A stretch of DNA of 61,676 nt, the filler included, from Hausera hauseri (taxonomy: Eukaryota): NCBI GenBank assembly GCA_046269625.1. It is 11 parts of 11 records of this genome, joined end to end, with 100 filler letters (N's around TTAATTAATTAA, not from the genome) between each part and the next. Parts side by side here need not be neighbours in the genome. Positions count along the whole stretch, not along the records: positions 10,867 to 15,082 come from JBJURY010695438.1; positions 15,183 to 19,888 come from JBJURY010467801.1; positions 19,989 to 28,045 come from JBJURY010799867.1; 8 more parts are not named here. One strand, written 5' to 3'. Of this stretch, positions 10,867-22,474 are shown piece by piece; position 1 is the first letter of the stretch, and every line of letters starts with the position of its first letter. The notes beneath the pieces are model-generated. The model was not told where the DNA came from, ran no database searches, and saw only the letters and a list, made by a program, of their open reading frames with translations. The translations under genes were made by a program, and so were the position numbers.

Positions 10867-13800
10867 TAGTGTTGGATCTATATCTTGGATTTTGAATCGA
10901 CCTAAAGTGCTTAAGTCCTTTCTTTTCGTTCTTACCAATTCATCATTCATCTATCTATTTAGCTGTTGCATTAATAATCCTTGAGACTTAGCTTTTTAAA
11001 TATATGAAACTATCAGTGATAGTGCTAAGACTATATGTACGTATGACATAGGTCTAGTAACTATAGATGAGTTTTTGACTTTTCTACATTTCGTCTTCTG
11101 GTTTACTTCCGTATCTTTTATACGCAACTGGTGTTGTCTATCTGGTTTTATCTCCGTTTTTACTACTCGTTGCACTGACACAACTTCTTTCTTTCCGTTT
11201 TTATTAATATACACAGTATTGGGTGTGGTTCTGATAACTTCATAAGGTCCTTATCCAGTACGCGTGAGTGTTAACGATGTGCCTTTCTTAGCTACGGGAT
11301 AGTGCATATAAACCAAATCTCCGTTTCTTAATTCATGTAGTTTTGCCTTCTTGTCGTATTGCTTCTTAAATACTTCTTGGTATTCTAATGATAGTGCCTT
11401 CGCTACTTCCTAACACTTTTGCAGTTTGACCTGTAAAACTTCTATAAAATTTGGTTATAGCTCTTCAATGTTTGCTTCATACGGAATCATTCCTAAATCC
11501 GTAGGTAATGCTGCCTTTCGTCCATACATCATGAAGAACGGTATAAATCGTGTCGCGGGGTGTAATGTTGTATTGATGGCAAATTGCGTGCCTTCTACAA
11601 ATTTATCCCAATCCTTCTGATCCTTTGTGACTACGGCGGACATTATTCTTATCACAGTAGCATTCATACGTTCGACCATTCCATTACATTGGGGATGGTA
11701 AATTGTTGTAGTTAATCTCTCGATTTCGAATATTTTCGTAATTTTATCGAATAGTTCGCTGGTAAAGTTTCTCCCTCGATCAGTTAGTATCAGATCTGGA
11801 GGTCCGTATCTACAGATAATTTTTTTTACCACGGCCTCGGCTAAGGTTTCTGCTTTTTGATCATATAGTGCCACTAACTCTACAAAGTGAGTTAAACAGT
11901 CGACGCATGTTAGTATGTATCTGTTGTTTCTATAAGTCGTGGATAGCGGTTCTACGATGTCCACTGACATTTCTTGCATCGATCAGTCTGATATAGTGAT
12001 CGGCTTCAGTTCTGCTATTTAATTCCTCATCCTGCACTGCTTCGTTGCGCATACTTCGCAAGCGCTTGTCCAGTTTTTTATATCGATAAACATACTAGGC
12101 AATAGTATATGTTTACTAGTCCATCTAACGCCTTCTTCCACGACACGTGTCCCGCCAAATACGAATTATGTTCGACCATTAAAACTCCGGCTCGCAAGTT
12201 TTTGGGTATTACAAACAACTTCCTTCCTTTTCGTTCACAGTACAATATCTTTTCGTTATCCTTATTTTCGGAAACACAGTATTTATGTTTATGTCTTTGT
12301 AAGGGCTTCTTTAACTGATGACCCTTGAGCATTGCGTTTGTCTCGGCATATTCAATGATTTGTTGAATAACTCGATCCCTTTTCTTTTCGTTTGAGATTT
12401 TAATTGCTTCATCCAACATTAGTATTCGCTGTCGATCTACTAGTTCTTCGAGCTGTTTTTTCTTCATAGTCGTAATAGCGCTTGTGTTTGTCTTTAGCCT
12501 TGATAACACGTCTGCATCTACATGCTACGCACCAGGCTTATATTGGAACTCGATATTATACCTCGAAATTTTTTCGATCCATCTATTCAATCTACAAGTA
12601 GGGTTATTTTCTCGTCCCTTTAGAGTTGTAACCGCTTTGTGATCCGTGACTATTAATATTCTCTGCCCATATACGTAGATGTTGAAATGCCTCAAGGCCC
12701 CTTTTACTGCTAGCGTTTCCAATTGTGCTACTGAATAATTTTTTCCGTGCTCTTCAGGGAGCGCTCTCCATAAGAGATTGGATGTTCCAATTCTTCGTCC
12801 TCGCGTTTTTGTGCCAACCCGTATCCGATACCCTCCTTACTTGCGTCCGTTTTAATAATAAATGGTAAGTTAAAATCGGGTATCTCAATACTGGTTTGCT
12901 AGTTAATATCTTTTTTATCTCGTCGAATGCCTTTTGTTCGACATCGGTCCATCTCCATTTTGTTCTTTTTTTTAATAGTCAGTATAATGTCACAGTGATT
13001 TTCGGATTGTCCGGCACATAGATAGCGTAATATCCCCGTAGGCCTAACCAATGTATCAGTTTTTTTGGGTTCCGGGGTACCATACAGTCCGAAATTTTGT
13101 TCAACAATGATTTGTCTGCCTTTGATCCTCCTTCTCCGATTATATGGCCGAGATAAGATACGGCGTTCTGAGCCCATTTACATTTCTTCGAATTAATCTT
13201 TAACCCAGCTTGTTCTAACTTCATGAGCGCGTTCTCAATATCCTTCAGGTGCTCCTTTTCGTCCTTCGAGGCCATCATTATGTCATCTAAGTACGCAAAT
13301 GCATGCTCGAATTTCATTAGCATTTTATTTATCATCCTGGTAAATATGGCTGATCCAGTGGTAATTCCAAACGACATAACATTAAATTCATATACTCCAT
13401 CATGGGTCTTGAACGCTGTTTCATAACGATCCTCATCTTCAATCTCTACTTGAGAATATCCAGACTGTAAGTCTAGAGTGGTAAACCATTTTATTCTTGA
13501 GAGCCTATCCAGAGCCTCTTATACGGATGTTAGGGGAAAAGAATCCTTCATCATGAGAGTGTTTTATGCCCTATAATCGATACAAAATCGATGTTTTGCA
13601 GTACCCTTCTTTTTGACCTTGAGAATAGGAGAATACTATGATCTGAAACTCGGTTGGATTATATCAGGTTTAAGCAATCGTTCCACTTCTTTGGTTATCT
13701 CGGGTCTTAGGGAATGCGGCGGCGGGTAACATTTTGGCATTTTCTGTTCTTTGAGATCAATTTTGTGGTTGGAACCCGGCTTTTTCTTAAGCGGTATAGT

Positions 13801-14620
13801 TAGCTTTAGTGCTTTTGCTCCACCAATGTCTTCTTTATTCCTCGCGATAATTGATTTGTATCTACATAGTAATTCGTAAAACTGACAATACATCTCTGTC
13901 GAAAATTTAATATCGACGTGTGGTGGGAATTCTGCATATTTATGCGGTTTTTCTTTAATCGTTATTGCTGATACTTTGGAAGTATGACCCAAAGTAGTGT
14001 TAGCATATAATCTCATTGGAGTTTGCGCATTGTTCGCTATTCTGAATGGTATCCGGCCAGATGCTTCGCGGGTTCATATATTGTATTCGGGTTTAACGTT
14101 TCCTTCGGCTCGAAATATACTGGTAAGTCGTCGTCTTGACAGATTTGTGCAACTACTAACAATTCCGTTCTGGATGAAGTGGTATCGTCAAGTGGAATCC
14201 ATCCTTCACCGTGCTTTCTTTCTTTGTTAATTTTTGTTCTTTTTATCGGACCTAGCTCGATAAACTTCAAGGTGTTCAGGTCTACCGCGACATTAAATAG
14301 GCGCCTTAATATATCTCACCCTAGTACCATGTCGTCTGTTAAGTGTTCCATTATAGAACATTCATGTTGGAATGTTTGTCCCATTACCTCGAGATTCGGA
14401 TTCCACTAAAATTTCGGTCTTGATTCTTGTCCGAAATCTCCTATACTTCCAAGGTCGGTTGCTAGTGGTGGTCGTAATTGATTTCGCAATGTTTTTGGTA
14501 TTGATCCGTCCTTTACGAAAGATTTTTCCGATCCGGTATCTACTAGTGCGTATACTTCCCAATCATCAATATAGATTTTTGTGAAGAGCCTTCCTTCCTT
14601 GATTCTGGGCTGTTTAGCGA
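10867..14620 (-). mobile_element. Degenerate Ty3/Gypsy pol (PR-RT-RH-IN) followed by a signal-peptide-like region; same family as 58010-61676
   Basis: LVDTGS protease (~14540), RT AYLDDIM, RNase H ETLAV..TDHKA, integrase VDIVEP/TDRGRNF/HPQCNGMVER and a GPY motif. Multiple frameshifts. Confidence 0.93.
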
Positions 14621-15200
14621 CGGATATCTTATACCTATTTACGCTAATCTCCGGCGCGTTATTTCGGTTACTCGTTTCAATTCTTCGGTGGGGTATAATC
14701 CGTTATTTACGCTGTTTTCATTGTCTCATTCCTGTGTGGTGATTAATGGCTCTCGGTTGTTTGAATTTGTTAGTAGATCGCGTCTCTGCCATTCCGCCCT
14801 CAGCATTACTTGATGATTGTAAGACTGAATTATCCATAAGATATTTGTTATAAAAGTTTATGTAACATTTATTTCCTTCATTCGGGAAATGAGTCTTATT
14901 TTCCTTCTTTTCTGAATTTTCTAACTTTCTGTTGGTTGTTCATTGAATTATATTTATTTACTGAATATTCCTTTCAATTCCTCCTCACAATATTGATAAC
15001 GTAACTGATAAGTTTATTGATATAAAAAGGATGATTTTATTATCACAAACTTATGCTTTACTCACTCTGATCGGGAGTTTCTNNNNNNNNNNNNNNNNNN
15101 NNNNNNNNNNNNNNNNNNNNNNNNNNTTAATTAATTAANNNNNNNNNNNNNNNNNNNNNNNNNNNNNNNNNNNNNNNNNNNNGCTTGGTACTATATTAGT

Positions 15201-16010
15201 ATGGAATCTACAGGTTCTGTAGTGGTTGGTAAGGTAGGAATGCGTGTGCCGCAATTTTCTCCCTCGAATGTTAGGTTATTTTTCGCGCAGCTGGATGCTA
15301 ATTTTGACATAGCTGAAATAACTGTCGAAAAAACTAGATTTAGCTATCTAGTGGCTGCTATAACCACAGAGTACCTTAAGTACGTTTCGGATTTGGTTTA
15401 CTCACCCCCCGCTGAAAAACCGTATTCCATTCTAAAGGAGAGGTTAATTAAGCAGTACGAGCCTTCTGATTCAAGAAAGATTAAAATTCTTTTGCAGGAT
15501 CTCGTACTAGGGGATAAAAAACCTTCAGAGTTATTGCATGAAATGCGGGAGTTGAGCGGACACAAATTAGACGAGGAAATCTTGAAATACATGTGGTTGG
15601 GACGCTTGCCACAAAATATACAGACTATAGTTGCGGCTAGTCCTGAGAAGCTGTCAGAGTTGGCCCGAATAGCCGATAATGTCACTGAAGTTGTTGACAC
15701 CCCTTCTGTTGTTGTATTAACACAACCACATTCTGATATTCCTGTAGCTAAACTAGAACGTCGGATTAATATCTTGACAGATAGAGTTGAACAGCTTTCC
15801 AAATCACGGTTTAAAGATCGGAATTCACGTTCAGAACCAACCACTCAACCACACAGCAGTTTCCATAAAAAGCATACATCAAGTTCTGTTTTGTGCTGGT
15901 ATCATAGAACTTTTGGCAAGAAAGCTACCAGGTGTAAACAGCCCTGTACATTTACAGATAATGAAATAAAAAAAAAGAAACAAAAACAAGTCCCTCGGTT
16001 AACTCGGTAA
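15201..16010 (+). CDS. gag: Gypsy Gag (CsRN1/Kabuki-like type)
   Basis: PQFSPSNVRLFFAQLDANF N-terminal motif, LGDKKPSELL, and a C-terminal CWYHRTFGKKATRCKQPC knuckle. Confidence 0.9.
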   Translation: MESTGSVVVGKVGMRVPQFSPSNVRLFFAQLDANFDIAEITVEKTRFSYLVAAITTEYLKYVSDLVYSPPAEKPYSILKERLIKQYEPSDSRKIKILLQDLVLGDKKPSELLHEMRELSGHKLDEEILKYMWLGRLPQNIQTIVAASPEKLSELARIADNVTEVVDTPSVVVLTQPHSDIPVAKLERRINILTDRVEQLSKSRFKDRNSRSEPTTQPHSSFHKKHTSSSVLCWYHRTFGKKATRCKQPCTFTDNEIKKKKQKQVPRLTR

Positions 16011-19000
16011 CAGAAGTTCAGAATCGCAGACTTTTTATTCAGGATTCCAATTCAGGTATACAGTTTTTGGTTGATACAGGTAGCGATGTTTCTTGTTGGC
16101 CTTGTAGTCGTTCTAAAAATAATGCAGTGACGGATTTTGTACTTTCGGCCGCGAATGGCTCAAGCATTAAAACATTTGGAACTAGAATTCTTGTCTTAAA
16201 TTTAGGTCTTCGAAAAACATATAGATGGCCATTTGTAATTGCAGAAGTAAGCAAGCCAATAATTGGGGCTGATTTTTTACAAAATTTCGGCTTAATTGTT
16301 GATATAAGACGTAGGGTTTTAATTGACCCCCACAGCTCTCTTACTTCTAATGGTCGTACCTTAAAATGTTTTGTTCCTACAGTTAAGAGTGTATTAGGTA
16401 GTTCTCGGTTTCATAAACTTTTAGAAGATTTTAAAATTTTAACTCAACCAGGAATTTTGTCTACAGGGTCGGTCAAGCATAATACCATGCATTATATCCC
16501 TACTACAGGTCCACCGATACAGGCACGTCCAAGACGCCTCCACCCAGCCCAGCTAAAAGTTGCTAAAAAAGAATTCCAACATATGCTGGAGCGTGGAATT
16601 TGTAGGCCTTCCCGTAGTAATTGGTCTAGCCCTTTACATTTAGTGCCGAAAAGCACAGGGGATTGGCGACCAACAGGGGATTATAGAATGCTTAACCGAA
16701 TTACTAAAAAAGACAAATATCCTCTTCCTTTTTTGCGAGATTTTGCACAGCAGCTGTATGGAAGTAAAATTTTTTCAAAGATTGACCTTTTGAAGGCCTT
16801 TTATCAAATTCCGGTAAATCCAGAAGATATATGTAAAACGGCAATTATAACCCCGTTCGGACTATACGAGTTTCCGTTTATGAATTTTGGCTTGTGTGGA
16901 GCCGCTCAAACTTTTCAACGATTTATGGACGAAGTGGTCAGAGGATTAAACTTTTGTTTTGTATACATGGATGACGTCCTTGTAGCTAGTACAAATAAGG
17001 ACGAGCATGAAAAACATTTACGCATGCTATTTGAACGGTTTAAAACGTATGGAATTAAGATTAACTCTGTAAAATGCCTTTTTGGTGTTCCGGAGGTGCA
17101 ATTCCTAGGACATACTATTAATCAGTATGGATTTAAACCTTTAATGGATCGCGTAAAAGCAATCCAGGACTATAAACTTCCATCTACCGTTAAAGGCTTA
17201 CGACAATTTTTAGGAATGTTGAACTTTTATCATGTTTTTCTGCCTAAAATTGCAGAAATACAAATTCCGCTAAACACCTATTTATTAGGCGCAAAAAAAA
17301 AAAGATAAATCAGAGATTAAGTGGTCCGAGGAGGGGAAATTAGCTTTTAATCGTTGTAAAGAGATTTTAATAAATTCTACACTTTTACATTTTCCATCTG
17401 TTGACGCGAATCTAGTACTTTCAACAGATTGCAGTAATATCGCCATGGGAGCCACATTGTATGAGGTTGAACAAGACGGGGTTAAACCTCTTGGATTTTT
17501 TTCGAAAAAGTTAACCTCTACCCAGCAGCGATATTCGACGTACGATAGGGAACTTTTGGCTATGTATAGCGCTATTATACATTTTAGGTATATGTTAGAG
17601 GCAAGGCCTTTTGTGATCTATACCGATCATCAACCCCTAGTTTTTGCATTTAATCGAAAGAGTGATTCCAAGTCACCGCCTAGGCGTCTGCGGCATTTAG
17701 ATTTCATTTCCCAGTTTACTACCGATATTCGGTATGTACCGGGAGGGGAAAATTTTATTGCCGACGCCTTGTCTCGTACTGAAGAGATTGTTCTTCCTTC
17801 AACGGTCCGGCTGGAATCGCTTGCGGATGCACAGATTGGGGATGCTGGTTTGTTAAAAATTCAAAAAGGCGAAGTGCAAAGTTCTTTGCAATTAAAGCAA
17901 TTTCCGGTTCCTAACTCGGATAAAACTTTATTTTGTGATGTTTCTACTGCTAAAATACGGCCTTTCGTTCCTACCGTGTGTCGGAAAATTGTTTTTCAAG
18001 CATTACATGGGTTATCACATCCTGGTCAACGGGCAACGGCCAAGTTAATCTCGGAGAGATATGTGTGGATAGGGATGAATAAGGATATTGCTTTATGGTC
18101 TCGGGCTTGTGTACCTTGCCAAAGAACTAAGGTTCAGCGGCATGTTAGGACACCGCTGGGCGATTTTGGCCTTCCTTCCGGTCGTTTCCAACATATACAT
18201 ATCGATATAGTTGGTCCGTTACCGACCTGTAAAGGTTTTCGTTATTGTTTGACAGTCATAGATAGGTTTACACGGTGGCCAGAAGTAATACCACTTGCTG
18301 ATATCACTGCTGAGACTGTTGCCTATGCTTTGTATTTTAACTGGATAGCTCGTTTTGGTACCCCTGTTAGGCTTACCAGCGACCAGGGTAAACAATTTGA
18401 ATCTTCCCTGTTTCATTCTTTTACAGCGCTCTTTGGCATACAAATCCATCGCTCTTCGCCTTACAATCCTAAATGTAACGGCATATTGGAGAGATTACAT
18501 CGTCCACTTAAGCAGGCCATCATGTGTTCTCCAAGTGAGTCATGGGTCGAAGCTTTGCCGGCTGTACTGATGGGTTTACGTACTGCCTACCGAGAAGACT
18601 TGGGAGCATCGGTCGCGGAATTAGTATATGGTGCAACGATTCGTCTGCCAGGTGACTTTTATGTTGATACACCCTTGTCTCCTATGTCGCCGGAGTTCAT
18701 ACAGCGATTGCAGAGGACTATCAAAGATGTTAAACCAGTTGCAGCTTCACGACACTGTGTTCCTACAATTTATGTGCCTAAGGACTTATATACGTGTTCA
18801 CATGTATTTTTGCGATATGATGCAGTCCGACGACCTTTGCGGCCACAATATGATGGCCCTTTCAAAGTTGTTAAGCGTTTGCAAAAGACTTTTGTTATTT
18901 CTATTCAGGGTCTTAATAAGACTGTATCTGTGGATCGACTAAAACCCGCATATTTGATAGAGGATAATCTCACTCCTTTATTGGCACAGCCTGCTGACAC

Positions 19001-19163
19001 AATCATCACCACAAAATATGGGCGTACGGTCCGTCCGCCTGATAGGTTCGTCGCCTCTCTGAGGAAGACTCAGAGGGGGGTACTGTGGCGACGTCAGAGC
19101 CCGGATTCAGCCACGAACGAGATGCACGTGAGTTGTGAGATGCGGGAAGCAAATTGTGGGTGA
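15968..19163 (+). CDS. pol: Gypsy Pol (PR-RT-RH-IN) in the -1 frame relative to gag; one +1 break in an A11 run at 17293-17303
   Basis: FLVDTGS, YMDDVL, RELLA..TDHQPL, HHCC zinc finger, DDE integrase and YDGPF. Removing one A at ~17300 gives GAKKKDKSEIKW and joins ORFs 16067 and 17445. Confidence 0.92.
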
Positions 19164-19570
19164 ATTGCGAAACTGTACGAGAAGAAGCTTTTAAAGTTTG
19201 CTGAAACGTATGCTGTTTCAAAGTACTGACGAGCTCTCGTCAGTTGATTATAAAAAGAAGTACTCAGATGACTGAGTAGCAGACATCCTAAATCCTGAGG
19301 CCGGCTCAGTGACTTTTTGCTCGAGTAGAGCTTTCATTCTAAATTACTGTGTTTGGCCAGAGTGCCTAAGTTTTATTTAACAAATGTTATGTTTAATAGA
19401 TTTTAATTAATAAATGTTTTTGTTGTACAACGTGTCATGTAGATCATTTATATTTAATGGGAAGCTTGGAATAAACCTTCTGTACTAATGGAGTCTTTTA
19501 ACCAGTGGAGTGGATACTTAAGTTGGCATGATACTTAAACCATACTCCCTAAAGAGTGGTGACGAAGGAT
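19071..19570 (+). repeat. PPT (19072-19080), single LTR from TGT at 19084 to about 19556, and candidate PBS TGGTGACGAAGGAT at 19557
   Basis: AGAGGGGGG-TAC-TGTGGCG junction and AATAAA at ~19408 and ~19470. The PBS resembles tRNA-Ser-type TGGCGACGAGGAT. The 3' LTR edge lacks a canonical CA, so that boundary is uncertain. Confidence 0.65.
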
Positions 19571-20356
19571 AATGTACTAGTTCCAGGTTTCCAGTTTGAT
19601 CAGCGATTACACAAGTACTCAAGACGTATTTTCTTCCACTTCTTCCAGTAATGGAGCTGTTCTGACTGGTATTGCCGCTTGTTTTTGCATGTTTCACTTA
19701 TTCAATAATGGACTTTTCGCATTTTCGGATTAAAGCGACTTTGGATGGAGCTGCCGGACCGCATATTGAGGAACAGGGGTAAGTGATTCATTTTTGTTTT
19801 TTTACCTGGTCGCTTGGTACTATATTAGTATGGAATCTACAGGTTCTGTAGTGGTTGGTAAGGTAGGAATGCGTGTGCCGCAATTTTCNNNNNNNNNNNN
19901 NNNNNNNNNNNNNNNNNNNNNNNNNNNNNNNNTTAATTAATTAANNNNNNNNNNNNNNNNNNNNNNNNNNNNNNNNNNNNNNNNNNNNAGGTGCTCAAAA
20001 GAATACAAAAGACGAAATTCCGTCCACGAGACGTTGAAAAAAAAAATAATAAATAAATAAATAAATAAAGAATAGGACAAGTTCACAAAAGAGGGTTTTG
20101 TATGGGAGAACTCCTCCCTGGTGTGTGTGTATGAAGCAGAGAGGATCACCTCTGTGTGCGCGCGTGTGTGAAAAAAGCGAGCAAAAGACGCCTCGGGGAG
20201 AGGCCATGAGAGTGGCTTGAGGGGGGTCACACCAAGCTAAGAGCGCTTTTGGTTTGTAGCTTGACGTCGTCCTTATCAATCTACATCAGTAGCTCGTGGA
20301 GTGAAAGAATTACAAAATAAAGTTTTAGGGCTGTGTGAAAGGAACAGTGTTGAAAG

Positions 20357-22474
20357 ATGGAGTCCATGAAACAAAGTACTGTCATATATCAAACTGTGAA
20401 AAAACAAGCTGAACGTGTACGAGCTGCAATCTACCGTATTTATGCAAGAGATGGAGCCAGGAGGAGCGAACTGGAGGGGTTGTTGAACCAGCTAGTCGTG
20501 ATAGAGGATGCTGATTGCAGACAGCCACTCACAAAACTGGCATGGGACAGAGTTAAATTACTAAAAAAGGAATTGCAAGTGCTCGCAGAACAGATGGTCA
20601 CAAACAAGTCTTTCTGGAGTCGAAGAAGAATCAAAAAAGATCAAGAAAAATATTCAAGAATCAAAACAGCTTATGAGGAACTTGCTTTGATGTGTCAGAG
20701 CGTTCAGAAGTTGAATGAGGAGGAATGCACTGAGAGACCTCCACCCTTTGCGACTCCTCCGACCTGTCCAACGGCGCCCCCTGCAGGAGTGTACCCAATA
20801 ATGCGTGTGACATCAGGGACTGTTTATATGGGCAGTGAGAACAAGGAGGAGGAAGAACTGCAGGAAGAAGAGGGAGGTATGAGTAGCAGAATGGAAGCAG
20901 ACAGGAAGAGAGACATCTGCCAGCAGTTAGCTGGAGGAGAACAGAGGGTGAGTGAGCCTGAACTGAGCAGGCCCTCCCTGGGAGAAACATCAGATTTTGG
21001 AGCAACAACAAGCGCTCAGAGTAAGGGGAAGAAAACATCATTTAAGTCAAGTGGAGTCAGTAAATCAGGAACAGTGGAGAAAACAGTGAATTTTTCAGGG
21101 GAACTGACTGGCACATTTACAGATTCAGATGAGGAGCAGTCTGTAGGAGTAAAAACAGGCAGAAAGAGGAAGCAGCCAGACAAGTTGAACTATGACGGGC
21201 TCGGGCACCAGGCTCAGTCCCACCCTGAGGAAGAAAAGGAGGAAGATGAAGCTGAGGAGGATCTGACTAGTGATTTCACAGGGAATAATGTACCATTAAT
21301 TAACGTTCCAGGAGTGACTGGTGGGGCTCGTAGGTATAAACCGTTTGCTATGAGCGACATAGAGACTATTGTAGACAAGCTGCCGCCCATCACAGAAGGG
21401 GGGTCGAGGTGGTTAGAACAACTGAACACTCTTACATTAGGACATACACTGGCAGTAGGTGATCTTAAAGCCATTTTAGCTCGATGTGCAAATCATGCAA
21501 TGGTTCAGGCTTTTTTAAACACTAACATCACTGTGGGACACAATCAGATTCCCATTTCCGGTTTGCTGGATGAGAGTCCACTACATGAGTTTTTTAATCA
21601 GATATCACCCATTATCAGAAATCTCTACCCACTGCCTTTGGGGATGCCCATCCCAGAGTTTAAATGGGACAAAAACATGGAACCTCGTGAATTTATTGAA
21701 CAGAGTAAGGATGCTTGGTTGAAAATCACTGGTAGGCATGCACAATCTGAACAACAAAAACCGTACTTCAGGAAGGCGGTGCTTGATGGTTTACCTAGTG
21801 ACGTTGTGGATGACCTAGAGAAAAATGCTGAGTTGATTACAGCTGATGCAGAGAAGTGGGAGAGACATGTCGTACATCGGCTTAAGTTTGCTAAGAAAAA
21901 AGCAGATAAAGAAGCGGACGAGATGGAGGACATGAAAAATCAACTGGTTAAGGTTCAGCTGAGTGGAGCCAGACATAAATTAAATGAGGAAAAAAAGAGT
22001 AAAGAGAAAAAACAGATGTTAGTTCAGGAGGATGTAGGAACCTCCACACCTGGGGTAGTTGCTGTGCAGCAGTGGTCTGAAAACCCTGGTCCGCGGGCCA
22101 GAGGGGGACACTCAGCACGTGGGACGAGACGAGGGGGACGAGGTGATGTTGCGGGACAGAGAGGTGCACGCTGGGGACTGCAGAGGGATTCCTGTTTCCT
22201 CTGTGGTCAGCCGGGACACTGGGCGAGAGACTGTATGTACGCACCACCTCAACAGTCAATGTGGGGACAACCTCCATACCAACAGCCTATGAGAGGCCCA
22301 CCACAATACCAACAGCCTATGAGGGGCCCACCGCAATATCAGCAGCCTATGGGGGGCCCACAATATCAGCAACCTATGGGGGGCCCACTTCAATATCAAC
22401 AGCCAATGGGAGTACAGCAACAGGCAGGAGCGCCCCCTCTGAGGCAAGGAGGGAGAGGCTTCCAAGAACAATGA
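20357..22474 (+). CDS. gag: Endogenous retrovirus Gag (fish/epsilon-like class I ERV)
   Basis: 705-aa ORF with an RPPPF/PTAPP late-domain-like segment, a CFLCGQPGHWARDC zinc knuckle and C-terminal YQQPM(R/G)GP repeats. Its TGA is in frame with pol. Confidence 0.9.
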   Translation: MESMKQSTVIYQTVKKQAERVRAAIYRIYARDGARRSELEGLLNQLVVIEDADCRQPLTKLAWDRVKLLKKELQVLAEQMVTNKSFWSRRRIKKDQEKYSRIKTAYEELALMCQSVQKLNEEECTERPPPFATPPTCPTAPPAGVYPIMRVTSGTVYMGSENKEEEELQEEEGGMSSRMEADRKRDICQQLAGGEQRVSEPELSRPSLGETSDFGATTSAQSKGKKTSFKSSGVSKSGTVEKTVNFSGELTGTFTDSDEEQSVGVKTGRKRKQPDKLNYDGLGHQAQSHPEEEKEEDEAEEDLTSDFTGNNVPLINVPGVTGGARRYKPFAMSDIETIVDKLPPITEGGSRWLEQLNTLTLGHTLAVGDLKAILARCANHAMVQAFLNTNITVGHNQIPISGLLDESPLHEFFNQISPIIRNLYPLPLGMPIPEFKWDKNMEPREFIEQSKDAWLKITGRHAQSEQQKPYFRKAVLDGLPSDVVDDLEKNAELITADAEKWERHVVHRLKFAKKKADKEADEMEDMKNQLVKVQLSGARHKLNEEKKSKEKKQMLVQEDVGTSTPGVVAVQQWSENPGPRARGGHSARGTRRGGRGDVAGQRGARWGLQRDSCFLCGQPGHWARDCMYAPPQQSMWGQPPYQQPMRGPPQYQQPMRGPPQYQQPMGGPQYQQPMGGPLQYQQPMGVQQQAGAPPLRQGGRGFQEQ

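Noticed and set aside
22270-22410. Regular 27-30 nt repeats resembling a CRISPR-like array
   Set aside because: In-frame coding repeats (YQQPMxGPP) in Gag, with no unique spacers.
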